DNA of 62,175 nucleotides, taken from the NCBI GenBank assembly GCA_018821245.1, contig JAHJMO010000012.1:1-62175 (forward strand), read 5' to 3'. The position numbers were made by a program, and so were the translations under genes. Below are positions 20,143-30,293 of this stretch, in pieces. This DNA comes from Patescibacteria group bacterium. Its GTDB lineage: Bacteria > Patescibacteriota > Microgenomatia > UBA10105 > UBA927. The first letter of the stretch is position 1; every line of letters starts with the position of its first letter. A model generated the notes under the pieces. That model searched no databases and was not told the origin of the DNA. It saw only the letters and a list, made by a program, of their open reading frames with translations.

Positions 20143-21249
20143 TTACGCAAGTCCATACACCTTCTCTCCATAATCTTTAATTACCCCCTTCATTTCTAAA
20201 ACCGTAAGAGTAGCGGCTGTCTCACTAATTGTCAAGTGTATCTCCCGTACAATTTCGTCAATATGCTTACGTTCTCTTAACAGACAGTCCAGTATTTTTT
20301 GTTCTTCCTTTGTTTCTCCCCTCGTTCTTGCTAAACAACTGGCCTTACCGGACTTGCTTGAATTGCTTATTCCCAATTCCTCCAGAATATCTTCAACATT
20401 CTCAACTAGTTTAGCACCTTGTTTAATGAGTTTAGCCGGCCCTCGACTATAACTACTCGTAATCGGTCCCGGCACGGCAAATACTTCCCTTCCCTGCTCA
20501 GCCGCGTTTCGGGCGGTGATCAAGGCCCCGCTGTCATCTGCTCCTTCTGTAACTAATACCCCTAAACTTAAACCGCTGATAATCCTGTTGCGCGCCGGAA
20601 ATAACCCCTTGGTTGGCCGGAGTCCCAATGGCATCTCGGAAACTATTGCGCCCCCGCCTCCCTCTCCGATTGTCCGATACAATCTAGCATTACTTGGCGG
20701 AGCAATAATGTCAATACCGCAACCCAAGACTGCTATCGTTTTTCCTCCTGCGTCCAGTGCCGCCTGGTGCGCTACTGCATCCACTCCGTACGCCATGCCG
20801 GAAACAATGGTAAATCCGTACGCAACCAGATCGCTTACTATTTTTTGAGTGACTTCTACTCCGTACCGACTGACTTTCCGGGTACCAACAACCGCAATAG
20901 TTTTATCCAGATTTAACGGTTTATCGGTCCTTCGCCCTTTGACATAAAGTAAAAACGGAGCATCGCTAGTTTCTTTAAGCAACTTGGGATATTTAGGATC
21001 AGATAAAAGAAGAACTGCTACATGCAGCTTTTCTAATTGTTGAAGATAATCATTAAGTTGAAAAGTTTTGCGAAAATGGTCAAACTCCTCGGATAATTTT
21101 TCGCCAAGCCTGATCTTTTTGAGTTCAGTCAACGGCGCTTCCCAAGCAGCTTTGGCACTTCCGAAATAATCATATAGGAGTTTAAATCGTACCGGCCCAA
21201 TCCCCGGAAACACACTAAACCCCACCCAATATTTCCGCTCTTCATCCAT
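20143..21249 (-). CDS. dprA: DNA processing protein DprA
   Basis: Rossmann core VSGMAYGVDAVAHQAAL, GCGIDIIAPP, FPARNRIISGLS and a C-terminal winged-helix tail. ATG at 21249; the ORF track extends to a TTG at 21267. Confidence 0.85.
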   Translation of the reverse strand: MDEERKYWVGFSVFPGIGPVRFKLLYDYFGSAKAAWEAPLTELKKIRLGEKLSEEFDHFRKTFQLNDYLQQLEKLHVAVLLLSDPKYPKLLKETSDAPFLLYVKGRRTDKPLNLDKTIAVVGTRKVSRYGVEVTQKIVSDLVAYGFTIVSGMAYGVDAVAHQAALDAGGKTIAVLGCGIDIIAPPSNARLYRTIGEGGGGAIVSEMPLGLRPTKGLFPARNRIISGLSLGVLVTEGADDSGALITARNAAEQGREVFAVPGPITSSYSRGPAKLIKQGAKLVENVEDILEELGISNSSKSGKASCLARTRGETKEEQKILDCLLRERKHIDEIVREIHLTISETAATLTVLEMKGVIKDYGEKVYGLA

Positions 21250-21467
21250 AAGATCATGCCACAACAAGATTATGCCGTATTTCTTCGCTTTTTGAAAGAA
21301 TACCTCGCAACCTTGCAGGGCCTGGCCTTTAAAGGTTGCTATTTACAGGTGGATCAACTCTTGCAACTTGCAATGCTCTTCATGCAAGGATTTATACCAT
21401 TTACAATACTACTTGTATAGAAAAACAGGGGGGACAAGGGTTAAACATTCTGTTGTCTTATGTGGGT

Positions 21468-22628
21468 TCAGGTGTCGCCTTCGATCATCAGGGTAAATAT
21501 TGTGGCAGCGCGGACAAACCATGATCTGGGCCTATGTGCTTCAACAGCGCCGGCGATGAACGGAAACCATTTGGCAATGACCCCAAGCTCAGCTTTAGGA
21601 TAAACCTGTATCCATTGGATAAGGATTTTCCGTATTTTTTCTTCGCCTTCCGGAGATGTCTGGGCGATCATATTTGTCAGTATACGATCCATGTGGGGAG
21701 GAGCAACCAATCCGTCGTCGGCAAATTCGCGATAGACCTCTCTTGATAGGCCCAAAATATCCATATCTGTCAAAAACTTACACTGATCACTCTGGGAGAG
21801 TGATGCCCATTTTTCTTCCGCAAGAAGCCAAATTTCCTCCAAAAATTCTTGCGGAATCTGACTTCTCTGATCCTCACGCTTCTGACGATAAAGTGCCATA
21901 CCCTGAACACGCAAGACCCAGGAAAGAGTGCTTTGGGTAAGCGGAAGATTTCCGTCAGGAGCTCTACGGATAACTTCCCACAGTTTTGGAGACACCCACG
22001 GATCGCCGGATACCAAGGTGGGCCTTTCACAATAGAGAGCCTCCAGGATATTTGTCCCGCTATTGGCATAATTGCCCATTGCGGCGGAAACGAGTTCTTT
22101 TGGAGCTTTCGTGAGGATGTTGACGCGATCATAATAGCTACTTAACCAGCTATCGGCACACCTACTGATAGCAAGATTGACAGCGGTTTCCCATGGGAAA
22201 TCCGCTCGCGCTGTAAGATCAGGTCGCCGTGCTGCCAGAAAGCCAAAAAGCATGAGATTTTTTTCGAGAATTTCCTCCCGGTTACGCTTTTCCAGTACCT
22301 TATCCGCACGGGTGATGACTTCCTGGACATGTCGGAGACCAACAGAATCCTGCTGTGTACGTTTTCGTGGGATTTTTTGTGTTTCCGAATACGGAAGATT
22401 ACAAAGCATCGCTTCTAGGCCTAAATACAGAAACCGTGAAACACACGGATAGGCATCTTCTCTGAGCTCGCCAAGTTTTTTTTCGACAACTGAGGCAGAT
22501 ATGGTTAATCCCGGATCAATTACAGCAATAAGAGATGCGTCATTATCATGAAATTCACGACCCAAAAGGATATGACTGACGAGCCCCTCTTGCTGCTGTC
22601 GACTGAACTCAACACCTATTTTTGGCAT
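21468..22628 (-). CDS. Hypothetical protein (386 aa)
   Basis: Long ORF with no motif I can name. Confidence 0.5.
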   Translation of the reverse strand: MPKIGVEFSRQQQEGLVSHILLGREFHDNDASLIAVIDPGLTISASVVEKKLGELREDAYPCVSRFLYLGLEAMLCNLPYSETQKIPRKRTQQDSVGLRHVQEVITRADKVLEKRNREEILEKNLMLFGFLAARRPDLTARADFPWETAVNLAISRCADSWLSSYYDRVNILTKAPKELVSAAMGNYANSGTNILEALYCERPTLVSGDPWVSPKLWEVIRRAPDGNLPLTQSTLSWVLRVQGMALYRQKREDQRSQIPQEFLEEIWLLAEEKWASLSQSDQCKFLTDMDILGLSREVYREFADDGLVAPPHMDRILTNMIAQTSPEGEEKIRKILIQWIQVYPKAELGVIAKWFPFIAGAVEAHRPRSWFVRAATIFTLMIEGDT

Positions 22629-22681
22629 AGAGAAGAGAGCAGGAAGGCAGTAACAGGATTATAGCGAAAGATAGTCCTATG

Positions 22682-23845
22682 TCAAGACTCGACTAACGAC
22701 CTGTACAGGCTGGCAAGGGTTTTACCCGAAGATGACAGGCTGAATACTTCACTCGCTCTCAAACGAGCCGCATCTCCAAATCGCAGCCGCATATCTTTAT
22801 TATCTATCAGCTTCTCAACTTCCCGAGCGAATGATGCCGGGGTCTTGGTGTGTACCAACACGCCGGAAACGCCATCTTCTATGACATCCGCAAGGGAGGG
22901 CGTGGCGAGGGCAACGACCGGCAAACCCGATGCCATCGCCTCGACATACACCCGGCCGAAAGTTTCGGTTTGAGAAGCATATACGAACACATCGGCCGCG
23001 TGATAGTAATCTTGTATGATATCGTACGATTTGGGAGCCATAATCTTCACTTTTTCCTCTAAATGTTTTTCTTGAGCTATCTGTCGCAAAAAATTCTCCC
23101 TCGGCCCGTCCCCGATAAAACAAAGCCGGAGATTGTCGTTTTTTTTGGAAAGATACGAAAACATAGATAAAAGAAAGTCAACGTTTTTTTCTTTGGCAAT
23201 TCTGCCAACGGATAAAAGAAGTGTTTCGTTATCTTTAATTTCCAGTTCTTTTCTAACGCGTATTCTGCCGCCTTTAGAAAATCGCTCTGTGTCTATGCCA
23301 ATCGGTACGACATGTATGGGCACCGTTACGCCCTTTTGTATAAGCTCCGTTTTGAGATTCGGAAGCGACACGGTAACGCATGAACATGTATTCATGAGCT
23401 TCGTAATGCTCCGCTCTACATACTTTTCTATCCAGCGACCCGGTATAAAAGGAAGGTATGTTTTTACGTATTCACTGTGCATGGTGTGGTAAGTAAATAC
23501 AACCGGAATATTGCGCTTCTTCGCCAGGCGCACCGCAAGACTGCCTATGTAATACGGGTGATGAGCGTGAATAATATTTATTTTTCGCTTTGTAAGTTCG
23601 TCCGGAAGCAGTTGTTCCGCAAAAAGCGGAATGGTTATGCCAAATTTTTTGTATAGGGATATTGACGGATATTCAAAAACATCAGTCGCATTCAGAGGCT
23701 TCATATAATCGCGCTTGGGAACAAAAACTGTTTGAGAAATTCCGAATTTACGAAGCTCTTTTTGCCAATCGGAAATCGTAAGAATCACCCCGTTAATAAT
23801 AGGCAAATAGTAATAAGTAAAAACACCGACATGAACAGGAGTCAT
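22682..23845 (-). CDS. GT4-family glycosyltransferase
   Basis: GT-B architecture. The C-terminal half has ...FVYASQTETFGRVYVEAMASGLPVVA... (the E-x7-E region). Confidence 0.8.
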   Translation of the reverse strand: MTPVHVGVFTYYYLPIINGVILTISDWQKELRKFGISQTVFVPKRDYMKPLNATDVFEYPSISLYKKFGITIPLFAEQLLPDELTKRKINIIHAHHPYYIGSLAVRLAKKRNIPVVFTYHTMHSEYVKTYLPFIPGRWIEKYVERSITKLMNTCSCVTVSLPNLKTELIQKGVTVPIHVVPIGIDTERFSKGGRIRVRKELEIKDNETLLLSVGRIAKEKNVDFLLSMFSYLSKKNDNLRLCFIGDGPRENFLRQIAQEKHLEEKVKIMAPKSYDIIQDYYHAADVFVYASQTETFGRVYVEAMASGLPVVALATPSLADVIEDGVSGVLVHTKTPASFAREVEKLIDNKDMRLRFGDAARLRASEVFSLSSSGKTLASLYRSLVES

Positions 23846-23883
23846 ACTATCTTTATGATAATATCACGTATTATCATAGCAGA

Positions 23884-25866
23884 TTACCTCGAAAACCATT
23901 CTTCCAAAATTTTTTTGGCAACCGGTGCCGCCACATTACTACCCTCACCAGCGCCTTCAACCAGTACGGTAACGGAAATTTCCGGCTCGCCGCTTATGGT
24001 ATCTGTGGGGAGCGTACCATCGCGAAAATCAAGGCCAGGCCTCGGAAGGGGCGCGAAGACGGTAAACCATGCATGGGTGCGAGTCTGCCCTTGTCCTGAG
24101 GCAGTCGTTGGGCCAAACTCAGCAGTGCCGGTTTTACAGGCTACGGGAATTCGCAACTTGTCATCCCCAGCTCCGACCGGGGATCCCGTTGGATCAACAG
24201 AAGACTGGATTCCCGCCTTCGCGGGAATTACAGAAAACCCAAATAGTGGCCATCCGGTCCCGCCCGATTCACAGGCTTTTTTCATGCCCTCGGTAACAAG
24301 CTCGATCGTCTCTTTTTTAATGCCTAAATCTTTGCATTCACTTTTGACTTTTCCAGCCAGAGGCTGGTCCGCCTTTGAAGGAGACTTTTCCAGCCAGAGG
24401 CTGGTCCGCCTTTGAAGGAGACTTTTGACTTTCTCTATCGTTGGTCTACATAACTTTCCTTCGTTAGCAATTACGTTTGTCCATGCATTCATCTGAAGAG
24501 GCGTCGTCAAAAGGTATCCTTGTCCGATAGAAACATGGTAAGTATCGCCCAAATACCATTCGTTGTTTCTTTTTTCCAAGTCTTCTTTCGTGTCAAACCT
24601 TTGATTTTTCCAAGCAGGATCTGGCATAAGCCCGCTTGCTTCTCCGGCAAGCTCTATCCCCAGGGGCTTTCCTATCCCCAATCTCTCGGCCCAAGCCGCC
24701 AACTTGGTGATCCCGAGCCATTCTCCTGTTTTGTAAAAAAATATGTCATTGCTGCGCTGTAGAGCTTTTATGATATCTACTGTTCCATCTGTTTTGCCGT
24801 ATTGCAAAAAATACCAATTCGGAAACGTAAACTGACCTATCGAAATCACCCCTTCATCCTCCACGGTGGTATTGGGCCCAACTGCGCCTTCTTCCAAAGC
24901 AGAGAGAGCAGTCACGATTTTAAAGACTGAACCGGGCGGATACACACCGCCTATGGCTCGGTTAAATAACGGTCTCTTTTGATCATCTTGCAACAACTGA
25001 TACTCCTCCCTGCTCATCCACGAGGAGAACGCGTCCGGCGAAAAAGAAGGCGATGAATACATCGCAAGTATCTCACCCGTTGCCGGTTTAGACACAACAA
25101 CCGCACCGCTTTCCCCTTGCGGAAAAGCCTCGGCCGCTACCCTGACAAGCCCTGCGTCCAAGGACAGCGTCACATCTTCGCCCGGTACTTCTTCTTGCCT
25201 GCCAAGTGTGCGCAAAATATTCACCGAGGCGTCTACTTCTACGAGTTCCTTGCCGTCGCGCCCCCGCAGCCGCTCTTCAAACACCGCTTCTGCCCCAGTC
25301 CTGCCCACACGGTCTCCCGACTTGTATTGCCGAAGAGAATAATAGTCCTCACGCAGCTCTTCGGCGGTCAACTCTCCCGTATACCCCACTACATGGGAAA
25401 GCGCAGAACCATATAAATACGTGCGCAGCCAATCAACCTCCAGATAATTCCCCTGCGGCAATCCTTTTTTTAAGAGTGCCTCTCCTTCCGCACCTGTTAA
25501 ACGTAATGTGCATGCAGTAATATCACCTTCCCCCTGAATACCGCCTTCACACGGTTTGATGAGCCGGTAACTGGCTGTGTTGGCCACTAATGGTTTGCCG
25601 GTGCGATCGCGAAGTATGCCGCGCGGTGCGTGACGGATAAGCTCACGAGTCCTATTGCTATCGGCAAGCTGCCGAAGTTCATGTCCCTGAATGACGGTAA
25701 GACGGAAGAGGCGCAAGACGAGTATCAGTATCGCAACAAAAAAGAGTGTTGCAAACAAAAGAGTCCTTCCGGTGCCCACCCACCAAACAGGGTCGTCTTT
25801 CGTAATGCGGTTCTTTGCTTTTCTCTCTATGATGATGGTATCTGAAAATGCGCTCCCGAGTTTCAT
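23884..25866 (-). CDS. mrdA: Penicillin-binding protein 2 (transpeptidase)
   Basis: N-terminal TM, SxxK (PPGSVFKIV), SxN (RSNDIFF) and KTG (ACKTGTAEF). Carries two repeat-derived in-frame inserts. Confidence 0.85.
   Translation of the reverse strand: MKLGSAFSDTIIIERKAKNRITKDDPVWWVGTGRTLLFATLFFVAILILVLRLFRLTVIQGHELRQLADSNRTRELIRHAPRGILRDRTGKPLVANTASYRLIKPCEGGIQGEGDITACTLRLTGAEGEALLKKGLPQGNYLEVDWLRTYLYGSALSHVVGYTGELTAEELREDYYSLRQYKSGDRVGRTGAEAVFEERLRGRDGKELVEVDASVNILRTLGRQEEVPGEDVTLSLDAGLVRVAAEAFPQGESGAVVVSKPATGEILAMYSSPSFSPDAFSSWMSREEYQLLQDDQKRPLFNRAIGGVYPPGSVFKIVTALSALEEGAVGPNTTVEDEGVISIGQFTFPNWYFLQYGKTDGTVDIIKALQRSNDIFFYKTGEWLGITKLAAWAERLGIGKPLGIELAGEASGLMPDPAWKNQRFDTKEDLEKRNNEWYLGDTYHVSIGQGYLLTTPLQMNAWTNVIANEGKLCRPTIEKVKSLLQRRTSLWLEKSPSKADQPLAGKVKSECKDLGIKKETIELVTEGMKKACESGGTGWPLFGFSVIPAKAGIQSSVDPTGSPVGAGDDKLRIPVACKTGTAEFGPTTASGQGQTRTHAWFTVFAPLPRPGLDFRDGTLPTDTISGEPEISVTVLVEGAGEGSNVAAPVAKKILEEWFSR
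24209..24228. repeat. GC hairpin attcccgc-cttc-gcgggaat inside mrdA
   Basis: 8-bp stem encoding ...VIPAKAGIQ..., placed just before the KTG motif. Confidence 0.85.
24346..24419. repeat. Tandem 37-bp repeat x2 inside mrdA
   Basis: The unit gacttttccagccagaggctggtccgcctttgaagga occurs at 24346 and 24383. It is flanked by ttttgac words on both sides. Confidence 0.9.
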
Positions 25867-25868
25867 AC

Positions 25869-26468
25869 TTAAATGAATATAGAACGAACAATAATTTCAA
25901 ATATAAGCGAATACATACCACCTGCAATAACCTGATGCACCGTGTGGCGCCTATCTGCTACTCTCGCCCAGGCAACCAGAGGGACGGCGAAGTACAATAG
26001 CCAAAAGCGCCAACCGAACCATTGGATGATCGAAAAGATGGCGAGCGTCAGTACACCAACGTGTCCGGATATTTTCCACCGCGCGGTAATGGCAAAAAAT
26101 CCCATAAACCATACAAAAAACATAAAAAACAACCTGATGAAGAACGCATTGGCGAACATATATATTATGACAACGTAGACAGATAAAATAACTGCAAGCA
26201 CAGTAAGGGCTTTCATTCTTTGCCGGCGATCGCTTATGTCCCAATCCTTCACACGTTTTTTCCGTATGGCCCATATCAATAATCCTGCCGTAAAGGCAAA
26301 CATGACGGCTACCATAGCCGACAGAGATACCATCTGAAGCGTATCAGCAGAAGCTTTGACAATAGCGATAATGCTCAAACAAAACAAAACCGGGAATGGG
26401 TGTGACAACCGTGAGATGAATTTTGCCAGAGACATACTATGTTGTATGCGCTTACTTGTTTCCCGCAC
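25869..26468 (-). CDS. Polytopic membrane protein, PAP2-like (tentative)
   Basis: About 6 TM segments. ISGHVG and ARVADRRHTVHQVIAG resemble PAP2 motifs C2/C3. Start is the GTG at 26468 or the ATG at 26435. Confidence 0.45.
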   Translation of the reverse strand: MRETSKRIQHSMSLAKFISRLSHPFPVLFCLSIIAIVKASADTLQMVSLSAMVAVMFAFTAGLLIWAIRKKRVKDWDISDRRQRMKALTVLAVILSVYVVIIYMFANAFFIRLFFMFFVWFMGFFAITARWKISGHVGVLTLAIFSIIQWFGWRFWLLYFAVPLVAWARVADRRHTVHQVIAGGMYSLIFEIIVRSIFI

Positions 26469-26471
26469 CTT

Positions 26472-27527
26472 TTATGCTTTTCGTGCCGCGACTTTGACTT
26501 TCCGCAAAAGCTCTGCATCATCCAAAAGCTTCCCGCATCCGCGGACAACAGCCGTCTGCGGGTCATCCGTAATCCAAACGGGCATCTTAAGCTCCGTGGC
26601 AATTAATTTGTCAATGCCCAGAAGCTTGGATCCTCCTCCCGCCAATACGATGCCATGCTCCATAATGTCGCTGATAAGCTCGGGCGGCGTTTCTTCGACA
26701 GTTTCCGCAACGGCTTCTATAATCTGATGAACGATTCCGGCAAGCGCTTCCCGAATTTCTGCCTCATTGACGCGAATAGACTTGGGTAAGCCGGTTTCGA
26801 TATCGCGGCCGCGGACCACCGCCTGCCTGTCGCTTTTATCCACAGGGTACGCAGAGCCCACAGTCAACTTAACATCCTCTGCTGTCGGCTGACCGATCAA
26901 GAGGGAGTACTTAAGCCGGATGAAATTAACGATCGCCTCATCCATTTCATCTCCGGCAATTCTTATACTCCGGTTAACTACAATTCCGCCAAGTGAAAGC
27001 ACGGCGATCTCACAGGTTCCTCCACCAATATCGCACACAAAACTTCCCCGGCTCTCCTGTATTGGCAGTCCTGCGCCGATAGCCGCAGCCATAGGCTCTT
27101 CTATGAGAATCGCGTGCCGTGCGCCCGCCATGATAGCCGCCTCCTGCACGGCTCTCCTTTCCACCTCCGTCACGCCCGACGGAATTCCTATGACTACTTT
27201 GGGCCTCGGGATTCTTGGCAATCCGGGTCTTTTGGGCTCTTGGTGAACCAACTGTATATAGTGCGTAAGCATAGCGGCTGTCGCGTCAAAGTCGGCAATC
27301 ACACCGTCTTTGAGTGGCCGGAGCGCTTCAATGGTTTGGGGGGTTTTACCAAGCATTTTCTTCGCCTCGCGACCTATGGCGATCACCTGCTTACTTCTCC
27401 GGTGCCGGGCAACTACCGAAGGCTCCCTGATCATAATGCCTTTGCCGCGCACAAACACCAGGGTGTTGGCAGTACCCAGATCAATCCCCAAGTCATGAGA
27501 AAGCAAACTGTATATCCAGTCAAGCAT
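26472..27527 (-). CDS. mreB: Rod-shape determining protein MreB
   Basis: DLGIDLGTANTLV, actin-like ATPase motifs and DIGGGTCEIAV. ATG at 27527. Confidence 0.95.
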   Translation of the reverse strand: MLDWIYSLLSHDLGIDLGTANTLVFVRGKGIMIREPSVVARHRRSKQVIAIGREAKKMLGKTPQTIEALRPLKDGVIADFDATAAMLTHYIQLVHQEPKRPGLPRIPRPKVVIGIPSGVTEVERRAVQEAAIMAGARHAILIEEPMAAAIGAGLPIQESRGSFVCDIGGGTCEIAVLSLGGIVVNRSIRIAGDEMDEAIVNFIRLKYSLLIGQPTAEDVKLTVGSAYPVDKSDRQAVVRGRDIETGLPKSIRVNEAEIREALAGIVHQIIEAVAETVEETPPELISDIMEHGIVLAGGGSKLLGIDKLIATELKMPVWITDDPQTAVVRGCGKLLDDAELLRKVKVAARKA

Positions 27528-27586
27528 GCCCAAACAATTTTAACACAAGAGGTTGCCAAAGGGCAGTATAATATACACGAGGGAGG

Positions 27587-28085
27587 TTGGACATTCGTAT
27601 GGATCTCCTTGAACAAGACAGCCTGTACGCTCCATGCATCCAAGCCGACATCTTTGTTGCAGGCGAAGTTAGACAGAGAAATATTGCGGACCTTTCATTG
27701 GATACTGCCCGTCAGCCTAGGCGCGGCGAGATCATTATTGGTCGCGATACCAACGAACAAACCACGCGCGCCTGGCCGTTTCGCGCTAGCCGTCACGAAG
27801 CACCGTCGGTCGTCTTTGATTATAATCAGGCAAAACGCGTGATTGATCCCGCATTTGAGGCAAGAAGCTTTGCGGGTACAGCCATGCATGAAACGCACAA
27901 CGCGGGCGCACTGGCAGGTAGGCCAAGACAACGATCCTGTCCTGGGACCCATGCGCCAAGTAGCCCTTGGCGGCAACAGAACCTCAATTCAACAGGAGTT
28001 TGAACAAGCGCAGAGAGAAGCAGAAGAAAGAGCGACAAAACCTCACACTGTGTATGCAGTCGGCGAGGACGGCGTTGAGTGGTAG
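27587..28085 (+). pseudogene. Frameshifted, N-terminally shortened paralogue of the 32379-32990 gene
   Basis: Two overlapping frames (27587-28003 and 27843-28085) together align to the intact 203-aa copy. One extra base near 27895-27905 shifts the frame. Confidence 0.6.
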
Positions 28086-28097
28086 ACACCACCATGA

Positions 28098-28361
28098 TCA
28101 TTCTTCTTCAGGCAACGCAGCGAGGCGTTGCCAAGCTTCCTGTATCCCGGGCACGCGTTCCTTGACCATCTGTAAAATGTCGTCAAAATTTTGATCCGGT
28201 TGACCATCGTGTGTAAAATGAACAATCGCGTAAATTAACCACGGCTCCGCTTCAAAAAAAACCCGCTGATCTTCTGGTGAAAGTTCTTTCAGGAGCCTCC
28301 GTGCCTTTTTCATATCTTGTAATAGTTCTGGTCGTAGCATAGGCGCAAACTCATCTGACAA
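28098..28361 (-). CDS. Hypothetical 87-aa protein (absent from the duplicate copy)
   Basis: ORF with a TTG start (ATG at 28340 is possible). In copy B only its two ends remain (33000-33018). Confidence 0.35.
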   Translation of the reverse strand: MSDEFAPMLRPELLQDMKKARRLLKELSPEDQRVFFEAEPWLIYAIVHFTHDGQPDQNFDDILQMVKERVPGIQEAWQRLAALPEEE

Positions 28362-28402
28362 TTGACTTTCGTCATATTCTTATCCTATCATTATACTGCT
28401 TT

Positions 28403-28427
28403 AGCTTGTATACACAAGCTTTTTTTG
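28403..28427 (+). terminator. Hairpin plus T-tract (terminator or 5'-UTR hairpin)
   Basis: agcttgt-atac-acaagct followed by tttttt. A weaker homologue lies in copy B at about 33061-33083. Confidence 0.5.
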
Positions 28428-28600
28428 GCTCTTTTACAAACTCTCGAGGGCGAAAAGAAGGAATGGAAATACAGCATAACTCAAAACACAACAATGGAGC
28501 AAAAAATGGACATTCACCTCCCATCCTACCGTGGGAAACGAATATTGCCTTACGTGGGATTGCAATCGTTTCTAGAACCTAGAACTCACGATTATTTTCA

Positions 28601-28635
28601 TAAATTGACTACGCGGCCGCTTGTTCATTTTACAA
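28601..28635. repeat. NotI-centred element, copy A
   Basis: taaattgactacgcggccgct tgttcattttacaag. The first 21 nt are identical to 32188-32208. Confidence 0.8.
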
Positions 28636-29413
28636 GAAAAAATTGATAAATATGATGAGCATCCTCCCCCATCCACCATGATGGAAGAAGTTCAAACGGA
28701 AGTTGCGGGTCGTCGCGGAGAATCGACTCATACAATACAACACTTTGAAACACGGAGATACTTTTTTGTTTTCCTATGAGTAGAAAATCCTCGTACTGCT
28801 TATTGATGTCGTCAAGACAATAAATTCTTACCATCACCTCGCTGAGCGTTTCATCACCAATCATCCCGTACTTATCCAGTTTTGAAACGAGTATTGCTCC
28901 CTCCACATGGTGCTTTGTTGCAAAGTCGTTTACCAAATCTTGCGGCGCGTGCGGAGTCATCCATACGCTCGCCTGCAATTTCGCACACCCAATTTTAACA
29001 AGATACTGCCGGAATTGGTCACGCACAGTCTTTGAAGATTCCGGAATGTCGTATGAAATAATGTAAACATACCCGTCCCATGGCCGTGTCTTTTTGTACG
29101 TCGGTAAAAATTCGCTTAGTCGCTCCCGTCCTAATTTCGTAATCGATAGCTCAACTTCTGTCCGTTTCCGTCGTTTTGCAATAAGATGTTGTTTTTGAAG
29201 CTGATGCAAAAGTTGCTGAAAATGTTCATAATTGCAATCGCGAAGCGCTTCATCTGCTTCACGGAACATCTCATAGACTCCCCGTGATGTACGTGATTTT
29301 CCAATACTTGCACCGACCAAATACAACCACCACAGAAGTCCGTTGACTGCCGTTTTTGCAAGACCATTGGTTGCTTCAGCTATGTTGTTCTTAATAGATT
29401 GATTTTTTCTCAT
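28625..29413 (-). CDS. PaaX-C-terminal-like / Cas2-fold-like protein (paralogue A)
   Basis: WDGYVYIISYDIPESSKTVRDQFRQYLVKIGCAKLQASVWMTP. About 50% identical by eye to 33754-34539. Confidence 0.55.
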   Translation of the reverse strand: MRKNQSIKNNIAEATNGLAKTAVNGLLWWLYLVGASIGKSRTSRGVYEMFREADEALRDCNYEHFQQLLHQLQKQHLIAKRRKRTEVELSITKLGRERLSEFLPTYKKTRPWDGYVYIISYDIPESSKTVRDQFRQYLVKIGCAKLQASVWMTPHAPQDLVNDFATKHHVEGAILVSKLDKYGMIGDETLSEVMVRIYCLDDINKQYEDFLLIGKQKSISVFQSVVLYESILRDDPQLPFELLPSWWMGEDAHHIYQFFLVK

Positions 29414-29414
29414 G

Positions 29415-29454
29415 CTTGTATTTTACTATAGCGGCCGCTTGTCTAAAATACAAG
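29415..29454. repeat. NotI-centred palindromic element, copy B
   Basis: cttgtatttta-c-tatagcggccgcttgtc-taaaatacaag: 11-bp inverted arms around GCGGCCGC, in the divergent promoter region. Confidence 0.8.
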
Positions 29455-29497
29455 AATAGAAAATGTGGTGCGATACAGTATAATACGATACAGTACT

Positions 29498-30292
29498 ATG
29501 CATGCCCTACTAGATTTGAAAGATGTTCCACAACTCGCTGATCTTCCGAACCCTCCCGGACAACTTTTTTTCATCGGAAAACCGCACAAACAATTATTTC
29601 AAAATTGCGTTTCCATCGTCGGATCGCGTCAAATAACGGAATACGGAAAACGCGTGATAGAACTGCTCGTTCCGAAACTCGTCTTTGAGAAAAAAGTTAT
29701 TATCTCGGGATTTATGCGCGGCGTCGATCAATATGCACACCGGGCGTGTGTAGAAAATGGCGGAAAAACCATTGCGGTTTTGGGTTGGGGCATCGACACC
29801 ATCCTTTCTCCGGAAGATAAAAAATTAGCAGATGATATTGTTTCTCACGGCGGTATTCTTCTGTCAGAGTGGCAGACACAACGATCGACTCTCTGGACGT
29901 TTCCTGTCCGAAATAGAATTGTCGCAGCCTTGGCACAGGAAGTGTATATCATTGAAGCAGGACTGAAGAGCGGATCGCTCATTACTGCTAATTGGGCAAT
30001 AAAGCTGAAACGAAAACTGTTTGCCGTTCCGGGCTCCGTAACGAGCCGTGTCTCAGAAGGAACAAATATGTTAATTGCAAATGGCCTTGCAAAAATGTGG
30101 TGTGGCATACAACAACCTACACAAAAATCTTCAGACGATCCCATTCTCCACGCCCTTGAACAAGAACCATTAACGATTAATCAACTATCTCGAAACCTCA
30201 ACAAACCAATTGCAGAACTTGGCGCTTCCCTATCACTACTACTTTTATCCGGACAATTAGTTGAACGCGACGGTGTATACTATAAAAAATAA
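29498..30292 (+). CDS. Short DprA-family paralogue
   Basis: SGFMRGVDQYAHRACV, GWGIDTILSP, FPVRNRIVAALA and a winged-helix-like tail. ATG at 29498. Confidence 0.7.
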   Translation: MHALLDLKDVPQLADLPNPPGQLFFIGKPHKQLFQNCVSIVGSRQITEYGKRVIELLVPKLVFEKKVIISGFMRGVDQYAHRACVENGGKTIAVLGWGIDTILSPEDKKLADDIVSHGGILLSEWQTQRSTLWTFPVRNRIVAALAQEVYIIEAGLKSGSLITANWAIKLKRKLFAVPGSVTSRVSEGTNMLIANGLAKMWCGIQQPTQKSSDDPILHALEQEPLTINQLSRNLNKPIAELGASLSLLLLSGQLVERDGVYYKK

Positions 30293-30293
30293 C

